A DNA stretch of 64,000 nucleotides, taken from contig CALRGR010000003.1 of assembly GCA_943357985.1 (NCBI GenBank), positions 6,496-70,495 on the forward strand, written 5' to 3'. The position numbers and the translations under genes are program-made. The notes beneath the pieces were generated by a model. The model had not been told where the DNA came from and did not search any database. It saw only the letters and a list, made by a program, of their open reading frames with translations. The stretch is from Candidatus Levybacteria bacterium GW2011_GWA1_37_16. Its GTDB lineage: Bacteria > Patescibacteriota > Microgenomatia > Levybacterales > UBA12049. Shown here one piece after another: positions 40,499 to 49,982 of the stretch. Each line of letters begins with the position of its first letter. The stretch's first letter is position 1.

Positions 40499-41035
40499 AT
40501 GGAAGAGAAATGTCCAAAATGCGGTTCGGCCTTGTCTCCTATTACGGAGACAGCAACAGGCCGCAAGCTTCAAAGGTGCTCTAAGGGCTCTTGGAATCCC
40601 GAAACAAAACAGAATGAAGGCTGTGACTATGTATTATGGATTCAGGCAGAAGATGAAAAGCTAGATGAAAAATGCCCCAAGTGCGGAAATCCACTGGTCA
40701 TGGCGCAAACACGCTTTGGAAAGAAAATGAAAAAGTGTTCAACCAATGTCTGGAATAAAGATACAAAAAAAGCAGAGGGCTGTGACTTTATAGAATGGAT
40801 TAACGGCACAACAAAAGAACTTGATGAAGATTGTCCAGAATGCGGAAAGAAGCTTGTTCTTTATACAACCTCAACAGGAAAAAAGATGAAAAAGTGTTCA
40901 ACCAGTGGCTGGGACAGGGAAAAAAAGGTTACAACGGGCTGCACATATGTCCAATGGCTTAAACCAAGTGAGTATCAATCAAAAGACGAACCAAACGGAG
41001 AAGAGTTTTTACCCCCTGAATCCCAAGCAAACTAG
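40499..41035 (+). CDS. Stand-alone protein of three topoisomerase-type C4 zinc ribbons
   Basis: Three repeats CPxCG..(K/R)CS..W....GC(D/T)(Y/F)..W. Confidence 0.8.
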   Translation: MEEKCPKCGSALSPITETATGRKLQRCSKGSWNPETKQNEGCDYVLWIQAEDEKLDEKCPKCGNPLVMAQTRFGKKMKKCSTNVWNKDTKKAEGCDFIEWINGTTKELDEDCPECGKKLVLYTTSTGKKMKKCSTSGWDREKKVTTGCTYVQWLKPSEYQSKDEPNGEEFLPPESQAN

Positions 41036-41721
41036 AAAGGGATGTCTGAAGTTGTTGACTCGATACTTTCAAAGGATTTTCTATAAATGCAAAGCCTGCA
41101 CGTTTCAGACGGTTTTGGCAAATCACCATTTAGAACTTTAGAAATCTCATTAACGAATTTTAAAAATCCATCCATATCTTCCTCTATTGGATGCCATTTA
41201 GGAGATGTAGTAAATACAAATTTTCCGTCTTTATGCTCAATTGCGTCCGGTGAAACGCTAACTAGTCCGATTCTTGAAACTTTAATAGGCTTACCTTCTG
41301 CGGGATTTTCCAAAGCATATTTATAAGCATGCAGTTGACTTGAAAACTTTTTGATTTGCTCTTCATCTGGCTTTGTTATTTTAAAATCTATAACCGAGTA
41401 TGTACCATCTGCAAGTTTAGTTAAAACATCAAAACGTCCACTTATATAACAGTCTTCTGAGCCTTTTATTGGCTGGGATTTTAAAAACCCTTCCTGAATT
41501 TCAATTATTCCCTCTGGCAAATCCGGATGAATATCTTTTAAGCTTTTTCCCATAACAGAATTTTGTAAAAGACTATTCATGTGAGTAAAAATTGCAGGGA
41601 AAGCGCCGGAATGAGGAGGAATACCAAGTTTTACTTTTTGATAGAAACAAAACTTACAATCCTCCCAAAGATACTTGAAGTCGGAAGGGGATAATTTATA
41701 TTGCTTCTGTGCTTGCTCCAT
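41032..41721 (-). CDS. PD-(D/E)XK nuclease superfamily protein (Cas4/RecB-like)
   Basis: LSPS..C at N-terminus, GRFD, IDFK, QLHAY, C-terminal CRLC. Confidence 0.85.
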   Translation of the reverse strand: MEQAQKQYKLSPSDFKYLWEDCKFCFYQKVKLGIPPHSGAFPAIFTHMNSLLQNSVMGKSLKDIHPDLPEGIIEIQEGFLKSQPIKGSEDCYISGRFDVLTKLADGTYSVIDFKITKPDEEQIKKFSSQLHAYKYALENPAEGKPIKVSRIGLVSVSPDAIEHKDGKFVFTTSPKWHPIEEDMDGFLKFVNEISKVLNGDLPKPSETCRLCIYRKSFESIESTTSDIPF

Positions 41722-41749
41722 GAAAACCAATTATACCACTACTCTATCT

Positions 41750-42880
41750 CTAAAGGGGCGGCTCAAGTTCTAGGGTTTTAATTTCCGGGAGTGACTTACC
41801 TATTATTCCCTGCAAATCTCCATACATTCCATGAGTACTGTCTAAAACTTTTCTTATTTCTTTTTCCTGCCTTGCCCATTTGGAATTAAACCATCTTTTT
41901 TCTCTTTCTAATTCGTCCTGCAAATTTCCAAAACCCTCAACAACTGCCTCAACCCTATGCTTAAATTCAGTACCCGTTAAGTATTTATACAGAACCTCCA
42001 TCTTTTCATTCTTTCCCTCTCCATTTGACCTTTCATGATTTAGACTTACCAAGTTATACCGCAAAGAAAGCGCAAGTGGAACTACAAACTTCCATGTAGT
42101 TATCCAAACTCCATCTTTGTAAGTAAAAGAATCTAAGAATTCCGGCTTATTTATTGTGACAAGGATTGCCAAATCTGACTTTTTAGCTCTTTGATCTTCT
42201 TTTAATTTTGCAATCCAGCCATTTTGCCACTGAGCATTTTTAGATTCCCAAAGAATTGTCCCGCAACTTCTTCCCAATTTATCTGTCACTTCATGAACAA
42301 TATCCGCTCCCCTTTCCCCTTTTTTAACTTCAAGAATATTATCCTGTGGAAATTCACTTTTTAGAATTCTTTCGAGTTCTAACTCCATTACTTCTCCTTG
42401 TGTTTGCTGAGAGCCTTGTTCCATTTTGGTTTTAAGCTCTTCAAGTTGTTTTAGGGTATCTGTAAGTTTTTTGTCCTTTTCCAAATCTTTGAATTGATGT
42501 TCATCTTCCGACTGCTTTCTGACTTCTTTTCTAATCTTCTCCTCCTCATCCATTATTTTTTGCTTCATTTCCAATTCCCTCTCTTCATCTTTGCGTCTTA
42601 AGGCTCTCATTTCTTCAAGAAGTTTGTCTAATTTTTCCGTGAGGCTTTTATTTCTATCTTTTTCTTCTGTGTTTTCTTTTTTTAAAGTTTCGAGGGATTG
42701 CTCAAATTCTTTTCCGACTTTCTTTTTAGCGACTTCTTCTGCTGCCAATTTTGTATCTTCGAGTTCTTTTTTGTGCTTTATTTCCAGCGTGAGCAAAACT
42801 TGTTCTTCTATCTGATGAGTTAAAGCTTCCGATACTTCAATTTCTGCCCCACACTTTTTACACTTTATAACATTATTCAT
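41750..42880 (-). CDS. DUF2130-like coiled-coil protein
   Basis: IKCKKCG, long coiled coil, GSQQTQGEVMEL, GADI, ILWESK. Confidence 0.8.
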   Translation of the reverse strand: MNNVIKCKKCGAEIEVSEALTHQIEEQVLLTLEIKHKKELEDTKLAAEEVAKKKVGKEFEQSLETLKKENTEEKDRNKSLTEKLDKLLEEMRALRRKDEERELEMKQKIMDEEEKIRKEVRKQSEDEHQFKDLEKDKKLTDTLKQLEELKTKMEQGSQQTQGEVMELELERILKSEFPQDNILEVKKGERGADIVHEVTDKLGRSCGTILWESKNAQWQNGWIAKLKEDQRAKKSDLAILVTINKPEFLDSFTYKDGVWITTWKFVVPLALSLRYNLVSLNHERSNGEGKNEKMEVLYKYLTGTEFKHRVEAVVEGFGNLQDELEREKRWFNSKWARQEKEIRKVLDSTHGMYGDLQGIIGKSLPEIKTLELEPPL

Positions 42881-42901
42881 CTTGAAAGTTAATTATAGCA
42901 C

Positions 42902-42926
42902 GGGGACTTGGCGGGGTTTTTATTTT
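42902..42926. repeat. 25-bp direct repeat, copy 1
   Basis: GGGGACTTGGCGGGGTTTTTATTTT, 21/25 identical to 43236-43260. Confidence 0.7.
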
Positions 42927-43194
42927 AAGAAGCGTTTTGGAAAAGCGTACTATACAAAAGTGCATCTTCTGCAGCTTCTGGTTTATTTTCTTTTCTAATG
43001 TTTTGAATCTTACTAAGCTATTTAATTAAATAAGGTTTTAATTCTTTATTGTCTATTTCAGCTCTTCTCTTTAAAGCTTCTAAAAATCTTTCTGTTATAA
43101 CATCAGAGCCTCTATAATAACCCAATGCTACTCGTTTTAAATCAAGAGCGATAGCGCCTAAAACAGCTTTATTTTTATCTGATTTTGTAATTAT
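42925..43194 (-). pseudogene. Degraded small helical hypothetical gene (internal TAG, no start codon)
   Basis: Frame reads ITKSDKNKAVLGAIALDLKRVALGYYRGS...PYLIK*LSKIQ...AEDALLYSTLFQNAS*; TGATATAAT -10 box upstream. Confidence 0.6.
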
Positions 43195-43235
43195 CCTCTG
43201 ACTTTCAAAATATTATATCACGATATTTATTTCCT

Positions 43236-43260
43236 GGGGATTTGGCGAGGTTTTTGCTTT
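43236..43260. repeat. 25-bp direct repeat, copy 2
   Basis: GGGGATTTGGCGAGGTTTTTGCTTT. Confidence 0.7.
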
Positions 43261-43305
43261 TATAAATTTGACAATAAATAAGCAAATGACTATTATAGGT
43301 CACCT

Positions 43306-43755
43306 ATGATACACGAAGCCCCCAAAAGAACATCAGAGCAAATTGCTGCGGGTTTAGTTGCTCAAGCACTAACAGCTCAACAAGAAGGCCTAGAAAAGGA
43401 AATTCCTGTATATCTAAAAGTTTCTATAGACTCACCCTCACTCGCTGCCAGATTTAAAGTCCCTGATATTTCAGGCAATCCTATATTGGGAGACATGCTC
43501 GATAGATTGTTAGTTGTAAATGACGATTTCTCAGTGTCATACGTGACTGGTTTTAATTCTTACGATGGCCATAAATATGAGCACTGGATAACTCCTTCCA
43601 AAAGATATCCAGGATTATTTACTATTACTGAATTCGCGATGAAAGGTAGACAAAGAGTAGCCGAAAGAGTTGGTATTTTAGTCAGCGGGACTAATTTAAT
43701 AGAATTTCAAAATTGGTCACATTTTTTCTACAACGTTATTCAGAAGGAAGCCTAA
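43306..43755 (+). CDS. Hypothetical protein
   Basis: 149-aa ORF with TTGACA-17-TATTAT promoter directly upstream; no recognised motif. Confidence 0.6.
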   Translation: MIHEAPKRTSEQIAAGLVAQALTAQQEGLEKEIPVYLKVSIDSPSLAARFKVPDISGNPILGDMLDRLLVVNDDFSVSYVTGFNSYDGHKYEHWITPSKRYPGLFTITEFAMKGRQRVAERVGILVSGTNLIEFQNWSHFFYNVIQKEA

Positions 43756-43758
43756 GTT

Positions 43759-45522
43759 TTATTTCACAGTAACGCTTTTGGCGAGGTTACGGGGCTTGTC
43801 CGGATCTAAATTAAGGTCGACTGCCATATAGTAAGCAAGTAGCTGAATTGCAACAATTTGCGCAATATAAGATGCTTCCTTTATATCTTTTACTTGCAAG
43901 AAATAATCAAACACAGGCTGATTTTTGTCTGCAATTCCAATTATTATTCCCCCTCTACTTTTAATTTCAATTGCGTTTGAAATTATTGACTCAAAGCTAT
44001 CATCATTTGGGGCAAATACAATAACAGGCGTGCCTTTGGAAATAAGAGCAATTGTCCCGTGTTTTAATTCCCCACCTGCCAGGCCTTCTGTTGGCACATA
44101 GCTTACTTCTTTTATCTTCAAAGCTGCCTCTAGTGCCGATGGATAAGAAACTCCTCTGCCGATTACATAGATATTTGACGCAATCGAAAGAAACTTTGCA
44201 ACTTGCTTGATTTGGGCCGAGTTTTTTTTCTCAAGTATTCGATCAATCTCATCTGCAGCCAGAAGCAATAGCTTTTTCGCGTCCGCAGTTTTTTCTACCA
44301 TTGCAAAAACTAACATTAGAAGAACGGAAAGTTTTGCAATGTATGCTTTTGTTGATGCAACTGCTTTTTCAGGTCCTGCGTTTAGAAGAATTTTAAAGTC
44401 TGCCATTCTGTAAATTGAAGATCCTAAAACATTTGTTATGGCAACAATCTTACTTCCTCTTACCTTTGCCCTATTTAATGGCTCTATAACATCAATAGTC
44501 TCTCCTGACTGAGACAGAGCAATAACTAAGCTTTCTTTATTTAGAAAATGTTCAAGGTAATTAAACTCGGATGCAACCGCGGTATTAACATGCGTTTCTG
44601 CAATTTTTGAAAAAAGGTATGTGCCAGTTAATCCTGCATGAAAAGCAGTTCCGGCTCCAATAAAGTATGTTCCTCTGGCTTTTTTTATAAGTTTTGAAAG
44701 AGCATTTATTTCATCTTCATAGTTTTCTGCAATATTTCTTATAACTAGCGGCTGCTCATAAATTTCTTTTATCATAAAATGAGGAAATTTACCCATACTT
44801 GATAGTTCAAATTTCCAAGTTACAGTTTCTGGCACAACTTCAAGCTGCTTACCAGAGGGGACCGAAATTAGCTCTATATCCTTACCTAAAATAACCATTT
44901 CATAATCTTTTAGGAAAATTACTTTTTTTGTTTTTTCTATAAAACTTGAAATATCGGAGGCCAGATAAAATTCGTCCTTTCCAAGACCTACAACCAAAGG
45001 AGAACCGTTTTTGACAGCTATAATTTCGCTTGAAGGAGCATATGCAATAACAATTGCATTAAGTCCTTTTAATTTATTGAAAGATTTTCTAACTGAAGTT
45101 GCAAATCCGCTGCTGCCCTTAAGATTTTCTTCAATAAGATGAGGAATAACTTCCGTATCGGTTTCTGAGACAAACTTATGTCCTTTTTTGATAAGTTCTT
45201 CTTTAAGCTGTTCGAAGTTTTCAACAATACCGTTGTGAACTACTGCAATTTCCTTGCGGCAATCAAGATGAGGATGTGAATTTGCAACAGTTACGCCACC
45301 GTGAGTTGCCCAGCGGGTATGACCAATTGCTAAATTGCTTTTTGGCAAATTCACACTTGCCCCTCCAATTTTACCAACGTGTTTATCAACTGCAAGATTT
45401 TTGCCTTTTTTAACTGCAATTCCCCAAGAATCGTATCCTCTATATTCAAGAATTTTTAAACCTTCGAACGCTATATTAGCAGCGTCATTTTTATTACCGA
45501 TATAAGCAAATATTCCACACAT
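43759..45522 (-). CDS. glmS: Glutamine--fructose-6-phosphate aminotransferase
   Basis: MCGI, LEYRGYDS, GHTRWATHG, SQSGET, VASTKA, PRNLAKSVTV. Confidence 0.98.
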   Translation of the reverse strand: MCGIFAYIGNKNDAANIAFEGLKILEYRGYDSWGIAVKKGKNLAVDKHVGKIGGASVNLPKSNLAIGHTRWATHGGVTVANSHPHLDCRKEIAVVHNGIVENFEQLKEELIKKGHKFVSETDTEVIPHLIEENLKGSSGFATSVRKSFNKLKGLNAIVIAYAPSSEIIAVKNGSPLVVGLGKDEFYLASDISSFIEKTKKVIFLKDYEMVILGKDIELISVPSGKQLEVVPETVTWKFELSSMGKFPHFMIKEIYEQPLVIRNIAENYEDEINALSKLIKKARGTYFIGAGTAFHAGLTGTYLFSKIAETHVNTAVASEFNYLEHFLNKESLVIALSQSGETIDVIEPLNRAKVRGSKIVAITNVLGSSIYRMADFKILLNAGPEKAVASTKAYIAKLSVLLMLVFAMVEKTADAKKLLLLAADEIDRILEKKNSAQIKQVAKFLSIASNIYVIGRGVSYPSALEAALKIKEVSYVPTEGLAGGELKHGTIALISKGTPVIVFAPNDDSFESIISNAIEIKSRGGIIIGIADKNQPVFDYFLQVKDIKEASYIAQIVAIQLLAYYMAVDLNLDPDKPRNLAKSVTVK

Positions 45523-45523
45523 A

Positions 45524-45991
45524 TTATTCCTTTACTAAATCGACCAACTTGTTAAGATTTTTAATCACTGCGTCTGCCTGGTAGTCCGTTGGCTCGTCTC
45601 CTTTCCAAATTCTTTTTTCTCTATCTATAAAAACCGTAAAAACTGCAGGCGAATGTTTTTTAACCTTTTCAAGAATAGATGACCTGTCATCAACCAAGAA
45701 AATTTGATGGTCTTTATATTTCTCTATTACCTGAGGAATTGGCGTAGTTTTTTCCAGGAAGATATGAATGTCTTCCTCGTTGAAGTTTTTCAATATATCA
45801 GTCTTGAGAAGTTTATTTCGCTGAAGCTCTATGTTTCCTTCTGAAAATATTCCAAGAGTCGCATAGGTCGCTATTTCCACCAAAACTCCAACAACTTCTT
45901 CATACAAAGTGTGCTTTGTAAGATCGCTTTCTTTAAAAAGGTCTGTGTCAAACAAAGTGTAGTCAATGTCAAAGAGAACTATTTTTTTCAT
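45524..45991 (-). CDS. HAD-superfamily hydrolase
   Basis: LFDIDYTL motif I, LVDD motif IV. Confidence 0.8.
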   Translation of the reverse strand: MKKIVLFDIDYTLFDTDLFKESDLTKHTLYEEVVGVLVEIATYATLGIFSEGNIELQRNKLLKTDILKNFNEEDIHIFLEKTTPIPQVIEKYKDHQIFLVDDRSSILEKVKKHSPAVFTVFIDREKRIWKGDEPTDYQADAVIKNLNKLVDLVKE

Positions 45992-46001
45992 AATTTGTAG
46001 A

Positions 46002-47258
46002 TTATTTCTTCTCTATAATCTCCTGAAATTTCGCGTAGTAAGTAACATCATCTTCAATGTTTTTAAAAACACTGGTAGACGGACCAATTGTGACGTTATT
46101 ACCAATTATGACACCAGGCATTATAGAAACTTTTATTCCAATTTTTACATTGTTTCCAATTATCGCGCCCAGGCTGATAAGGCCAGTGTCTACTTTTGAA
46201 CCTTTTACTACTGCCTGAATATTTTTCCTGTCTATTTTTCTGTTTGCGGTTGTAAAGGCAGAACCAATTTTACAACTTGAACCAACAATTGAATCTCCTA
46301 CAAATCCTGAATGAATGCTCGTCCCTTTCATAAAAAGGCTGTTTTTAATTTCTGTAAACGCTCCAACCGATACTCCCTCTTCTAAATCTGACTCATTTCT
46401 AATAAGAGAATTTGTTCCAATATATACATCTTTACCAATGTAAGCTGGTCCCTTAATTTTTGCTCCTTCAAGGATTTGCGCTCCGCTTTCAATAATTACA
46501 TTATCATCAATCTCAGCGCTCTTTGAAATTTTTGCGCTTTCGTCTATCCTTCCCACAATATCTTTCATCAGTAAATTTTTTGTTGCAAGCAAATCCCAAG
46601 GGTACTTTAAAGTTGATGTTTCAAATTCTATCTGTCCAACATCAATTGAATTTTCCTTTACGTAAAGCTCAAGTACCTCTTGTTCAAAATTAAATTCGGA
46701 CATTTTTACTTGTCTTACCGTCTCAATAATATCCGTTGATAATAAAAATGCATTAACTAAACACAGATCCGATGGTTCCTCTCCCTTCTTAGGCTTTTCA
46801 ACTATGCGTACGAGCTTTCCGTCTTTAACAACAACTACTCCATAATCCCAAGGATTTTCTCTTTTATTTACAAGGATTACGCCCTTGGACCCACCTTTTC
46901 GAGCTTTTAACAATTCGTAAACAAGTTTTTTACTGGTAACGTGATTTCCACCAATGAGAATAAAATCGCCATCGAGGAATTTCTCTGCATTAAGAAGAAC
47001 CTCTCCCATTCCCAATGCTTCTTTTTGCTCAATGTAGTTTATGAAGAGGCCGGAGGCCGAACCATCACCAAAATAATTCTTAATTACTCCGTCTTCGCTT
47101 ACTCTTAAAATTATGTCTTTTATTCCTGCTTCTTTTAATCCCTCAAGCGTATATTCAAGAATTGGCTTTCCCATAATTTTACTCATGGTTTTATGAGCCA
47201 CTCTTGAGTATGGATAAAATCTGCTTGAATAACCGCCTGCTAAAACAACTGCTTTCAT
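46002..47258 (-). CDS. Bifunctional sugar-1-phosphate nucleotidyltransferase/acetyltransferase (archaeal GlmU-like)
   Basis: MKAVVLAGG, IVEKP, C-terminal hexapeptide repeats, GAIIG; next to glmS; start at ATG 47258. Confidence 0.85.
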   Translation of the reverse strand: MKAVVLAGGYSSRFYPYSRVAHKTMSKIMGKPILEYTLEGLKEAGIKDIILRVSEDGVIKNYFGDGSASGLFINYIEQKEALGMGEVLLNAEKFLDGDFILIGGNHVTSKKLVYELLKARKGGSKGVILVNKRENPWDYGVVVVKDGKLVRIVEKPKKGEEPSDLCLVNAFLLSTDIIETVRQVKMSEFNFEQEVLELYVKENSIDVGQIEFETSTLKYPWDLLATKNLLMKDIVGRIDESAKISKSAEIDDNVIIESGAQILEGAKIKGPAYIGKDVYIGTNSLIRNESDLEEGVSVGAFTEIKNSLFMKGTSIHSGFVGDSIVGSSCKIGSAFTTANRKIDRKNIQAVVKGSKVDTGLISLGAIIGNNVKIGIKVSIMPGVIIGNNVTIGPSTSVFKNIEDDVTYYAKFQEIIEKK

Positions 47259-47259
47259 A

Positions 47260-48588
47260 TTATTCTTTAATCCTTTTAATATCTGCTCCCAAACTCTTAA
47301 GTCTTTTTTCAAAATTTTCATAACCGCGGTCCAAATGTTCAACCCCAAAAACTACACTTTCGCCCTTTGCAGAAAGTGCAGCCAAAACTAAAGTTGCGCC
47401 TGCTCTTAAATCTGATATTTCTACAACCGCATTATGAAGATTTGTGGGTCCCGTAATTTTAGCAGCATGCTTAAACTCCGCTTTATTGTCAGAAAGGTTA
47501 AAATTGTAAACTTCTTGTGGATTTTTAACTTCTGGATTAAAAAGCTCTATCTTTGCTCCCATTTTTAAAAGCTGATTAACATAGTTAAATCTACTTTCAT
47601 AAACTGTTTCATGAATTACTGACTCTCCTCTGGCTTTAGTCATAAGAACTGCCCATGGACCCTGCCAGTCAGTCATGAAGCCGGGATAAAAAGATGTTGT
47701 AGCATCTGTTGCCTTAAGATCATCCTTATAGAAAAATCTTAAATCTTTTCCTTTTTCCTCAAATTGTCCTCCAGCCTGCTTGAATTTTTCTAAAAATTCT
47801 ACAAGCTCCTGTTTCTTTACGTCTTTTACCGTTATATCTCCCTCTGTTATAATCGCCGCAATTGCAAAGGTGACTATTTCATTTCTGTCAGGCGCGATTG
47901 AAAATCTTGTACCATGAAGTTTTTCTACACCTTCAACTACAATTTTTCTTTTGGAAATTCTTTTAACTCTTGCTCCCATTCTATTTAGAAATTCAATTAA
48001 TTCATCAACTTCCGGTTCCTGCGCTGCATTATCTAAAACCGTCTTTCCTTTTGCCAAAACTGCTGCCATAAGAAGAGTCTCAGTGCCCGTGTGCGTGTTT
48101 TTCTCGAATCTATAAGCGGCCCCCTTAAGCCCGTTGCTTGCTTTAATATGAAAGAATCCATCTTTACTGTTATATGTTGCGTTAACTCCCATTTTTTTAA
48201 GACCTAAAATAGTTCTGTCAATTGGCCTGGCTCCAATTCTGCAACCTCCTGGGTTTGGAATTATCGCGCTATTTGTACGTGCTAAAAGCGGAGCAACAAA
48301 CATAGCGGAAGTTCTTACTTCCGCAGCAGCTTGCAACGCAATTTTTTCCTTTTTGAATTCTTCCATTTGAATATAAGCGGTATGATCTTGAATTCTCACC
48401 TTTCCACCCAACTCTTTAACGATATCTATCATTACCTGAAAATCCGAAATGTGAGGAATATTATCAATAATGACTTCTTCTGCTGTAAGACATGATGCCA
48501 CCACAACTTTAAGAGCCACATTTTTGGCACCTGAGATAACTACGCTTCCTTTAAGTTTTTTTCCGCCTTTTATAACAAATTTGTCCAT
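47260..48588 (-). CDS. murA: UDP-N-acetylglucosamine 1-carboxyvinyltransferase
   Basis: SGAKN, PGGCRIGAR, PGFMTD, DLRAG, HLDRGYE. Confidence 0.97.
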   Translation of the reverse strand: MDKFVIKGGKKLKGSVVISGAKNVALKVVVASCLTAEEVIIDNIPHISDFQVMIDIVKELGGKVRIQDHTAYIQMEEFKKEKIALQAAAEVRTSAMFVAPLLARTNSAIIPNPGGCRIGARPIDRTILGLKKMGVNATYNSKDGFFHIKASNGLKGAAYRFEKNTHTGTETLLMAAVLAKGKTVLDNAAQEPEVDELIEFLNRMGARVKRISKRKIVVEGVEKLHGTRFSIAPDRNEIVTFAIAAIITEGDITVKDVKKQELVEFLEKFKQAGGQFEEKGKDLRFFYKDDLKATDATTSFYPGFMTDWQGPWAVLMTKARGESVIHETVYESRFNYVNQLLKMGAKIELFNPEVKNPQEVYNFNLSDNKAEFKHAAKITGPTNLHNAVVEISDLRAGATLVLAALSAKGESVVFGVEHLDRGYENFEKRLKSLGADIKRIKE

Positions 48589-49982
48589 ATTTTATAAATA
48601 TCTCCAGCACCCATTGTTACAACAATAGTACCCTTATCGTATCCCTTTTTAGATAGATATTCTATCACATTGGCAAGCGTAGGCAAAAATACAACATCCC
48701 CATGAACTTTAGCCACTTCGGAAGCCAGAAGCGCAGATGAAACAGTTAGGTCAGCCTCTTCTCTAAGCGAAGCGTATATATTTGTTAGTATAATAGTATT
48801 TGCGTCCGCAAATGAGGTTTTAAACTGTTCGAACAATGATTTTGTTCTAGAATACGTATGCGGCTGAAAAATACAGACAATTCTCTGTTTTGGAAATGTT
48901 TTTTTGAACGCTCTGAGAGTTTTTTTAATTTCTGTTGGATGATGTGCATAATCATCAAAAGCCATTGCGCCGCTTGGTAATTTCCCCACAAACTCAAATC
49001 TTCTTTTGCTTCCGCTATATTTTGAGATACCCAACTTTATTTTTTCTATTGATATCCCAAGCTCGGCAGCTACGACAATGGCAGCTAACGCATTTACAGC
49101 ATTGTGTTCTCCCGGCACGCCAACAGAAAATTCCCCAAAATTCATTTCTCTTCCATTTACCCAAAAGAATGTTTTCTCGCCTGAAATACTAATTCTCTCA
49201 AGATGAAAATCATTCTTTGAAGAAAGACCGAATGTAACAACTCTGCCTTTGTATTCTTTTAGAAAAATTGACACTTGCTCATCGTCTCCATTTGCTATTA
49301 AGACTCCGTTTGAAGGCAAACTGTTTGCAAATTTAGCAAAAACCCCCCTCATATCATCTATTGCAGAGTAAACATCCGGATGATCAAACTCTATATTTGT
49401 AAAAACTGCAATTCTTGGATGCTGCCATAAAAACTTTACAGTTTTATCATATTTTGGATCTGTTATATACTCATCTGCTTCTGCCACAAAATATTTTCCA
49501 CGACCAAAATGCCCCGAGCTACCCAAGGATGGAATATTTCCTGTTCCAATAACATATGTTGGATCAAGTCCTACTTCTTTTATAATTGTTGCAATCATAG
49601 CCGTTGTAGTGGTCTTACCATGCGCACCTGCAACAGATATGCCTTCGAATCGCTTGTCGATAACCGAGCCTTCCATAAATGCGCCGACTGCTTCTCCCTG
49701 CATTAATACCTTAATTCCATTTGAAAGCGCAGCTTTTACCTCAACGTTATCTCTCCCACCGTGTGCTCCACTTGCAATAACCAAATCAACATCTGCAACA
49801 TGCTCACTATCAAAACCTTCAAACACGGCTATATCTGCTTTTTTTAAACCCTCATCTGTTATAAACTCTTCGGCAATGTCGGAACCGGTTACCTTAATTC
49901 CAGCTTCCTTAGCAATAATCGCAAGAGGTGCAGTTCCAACTCCTTTTATTCCAACAAAATGTATTGATTTTATTTTCTTCAT
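48570..49982 (-). CDS. murC: UDP-N-acetylmuramate--L-alanine ligase
   Basis: HFVGIKGVG, GAHGKTTT, EADE, DDYAHHPTEI, FQPHTYSRT. Confidence 0.97.
   Translation of the reverse strand: MKKIKSIHFVGIKGVGTAPLAIIAKEAGIKVTGSDIAEEFITDEGLKKADIAVFEGFDSEHVADVDLVIASGAHGGRDNVEVKAALSNGIKVLMQGEAVGAFMEGSVIDKRFEGISVAGAHGKTTTTAMIATIIKEVGLDPTYVIGTGNIPSLGSSGHFGRGKYFVAEADEYITDPKYDKTVKFLWQHPRIAVFTNIEFDHPDVYSAIDDMRGVFAKFANSLPSNGVLIANGDDEQVSIFLKEYKGRVVTFGLSSKNDFHLERISISGEKTFFWVNGREMNFGEFSVGVPGEHNAVNALAAIVVAAELGISIEKIKLGISKYSGSKRRFEFVGKLPSGAMAFDDYAHHPTEIKKTLRAFKKTFPKQRIVCIFQPHTYSRTKSLFEQFKTSFADANTIILTNIYASLREEADLTVSSALLASEVAKVHGDVVFLPTLANVIEYLSKKGYDKGTIVVTMGAGDIYKIWTNLL

Noticed and set aside
41032-41721. Cas4-like nuclease as evidence of a CRISPR-Cas system
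   Set aside because: No repeat-spacer array or other cas genes in the window; stand-alone PD-(D/E)XK genes are common.
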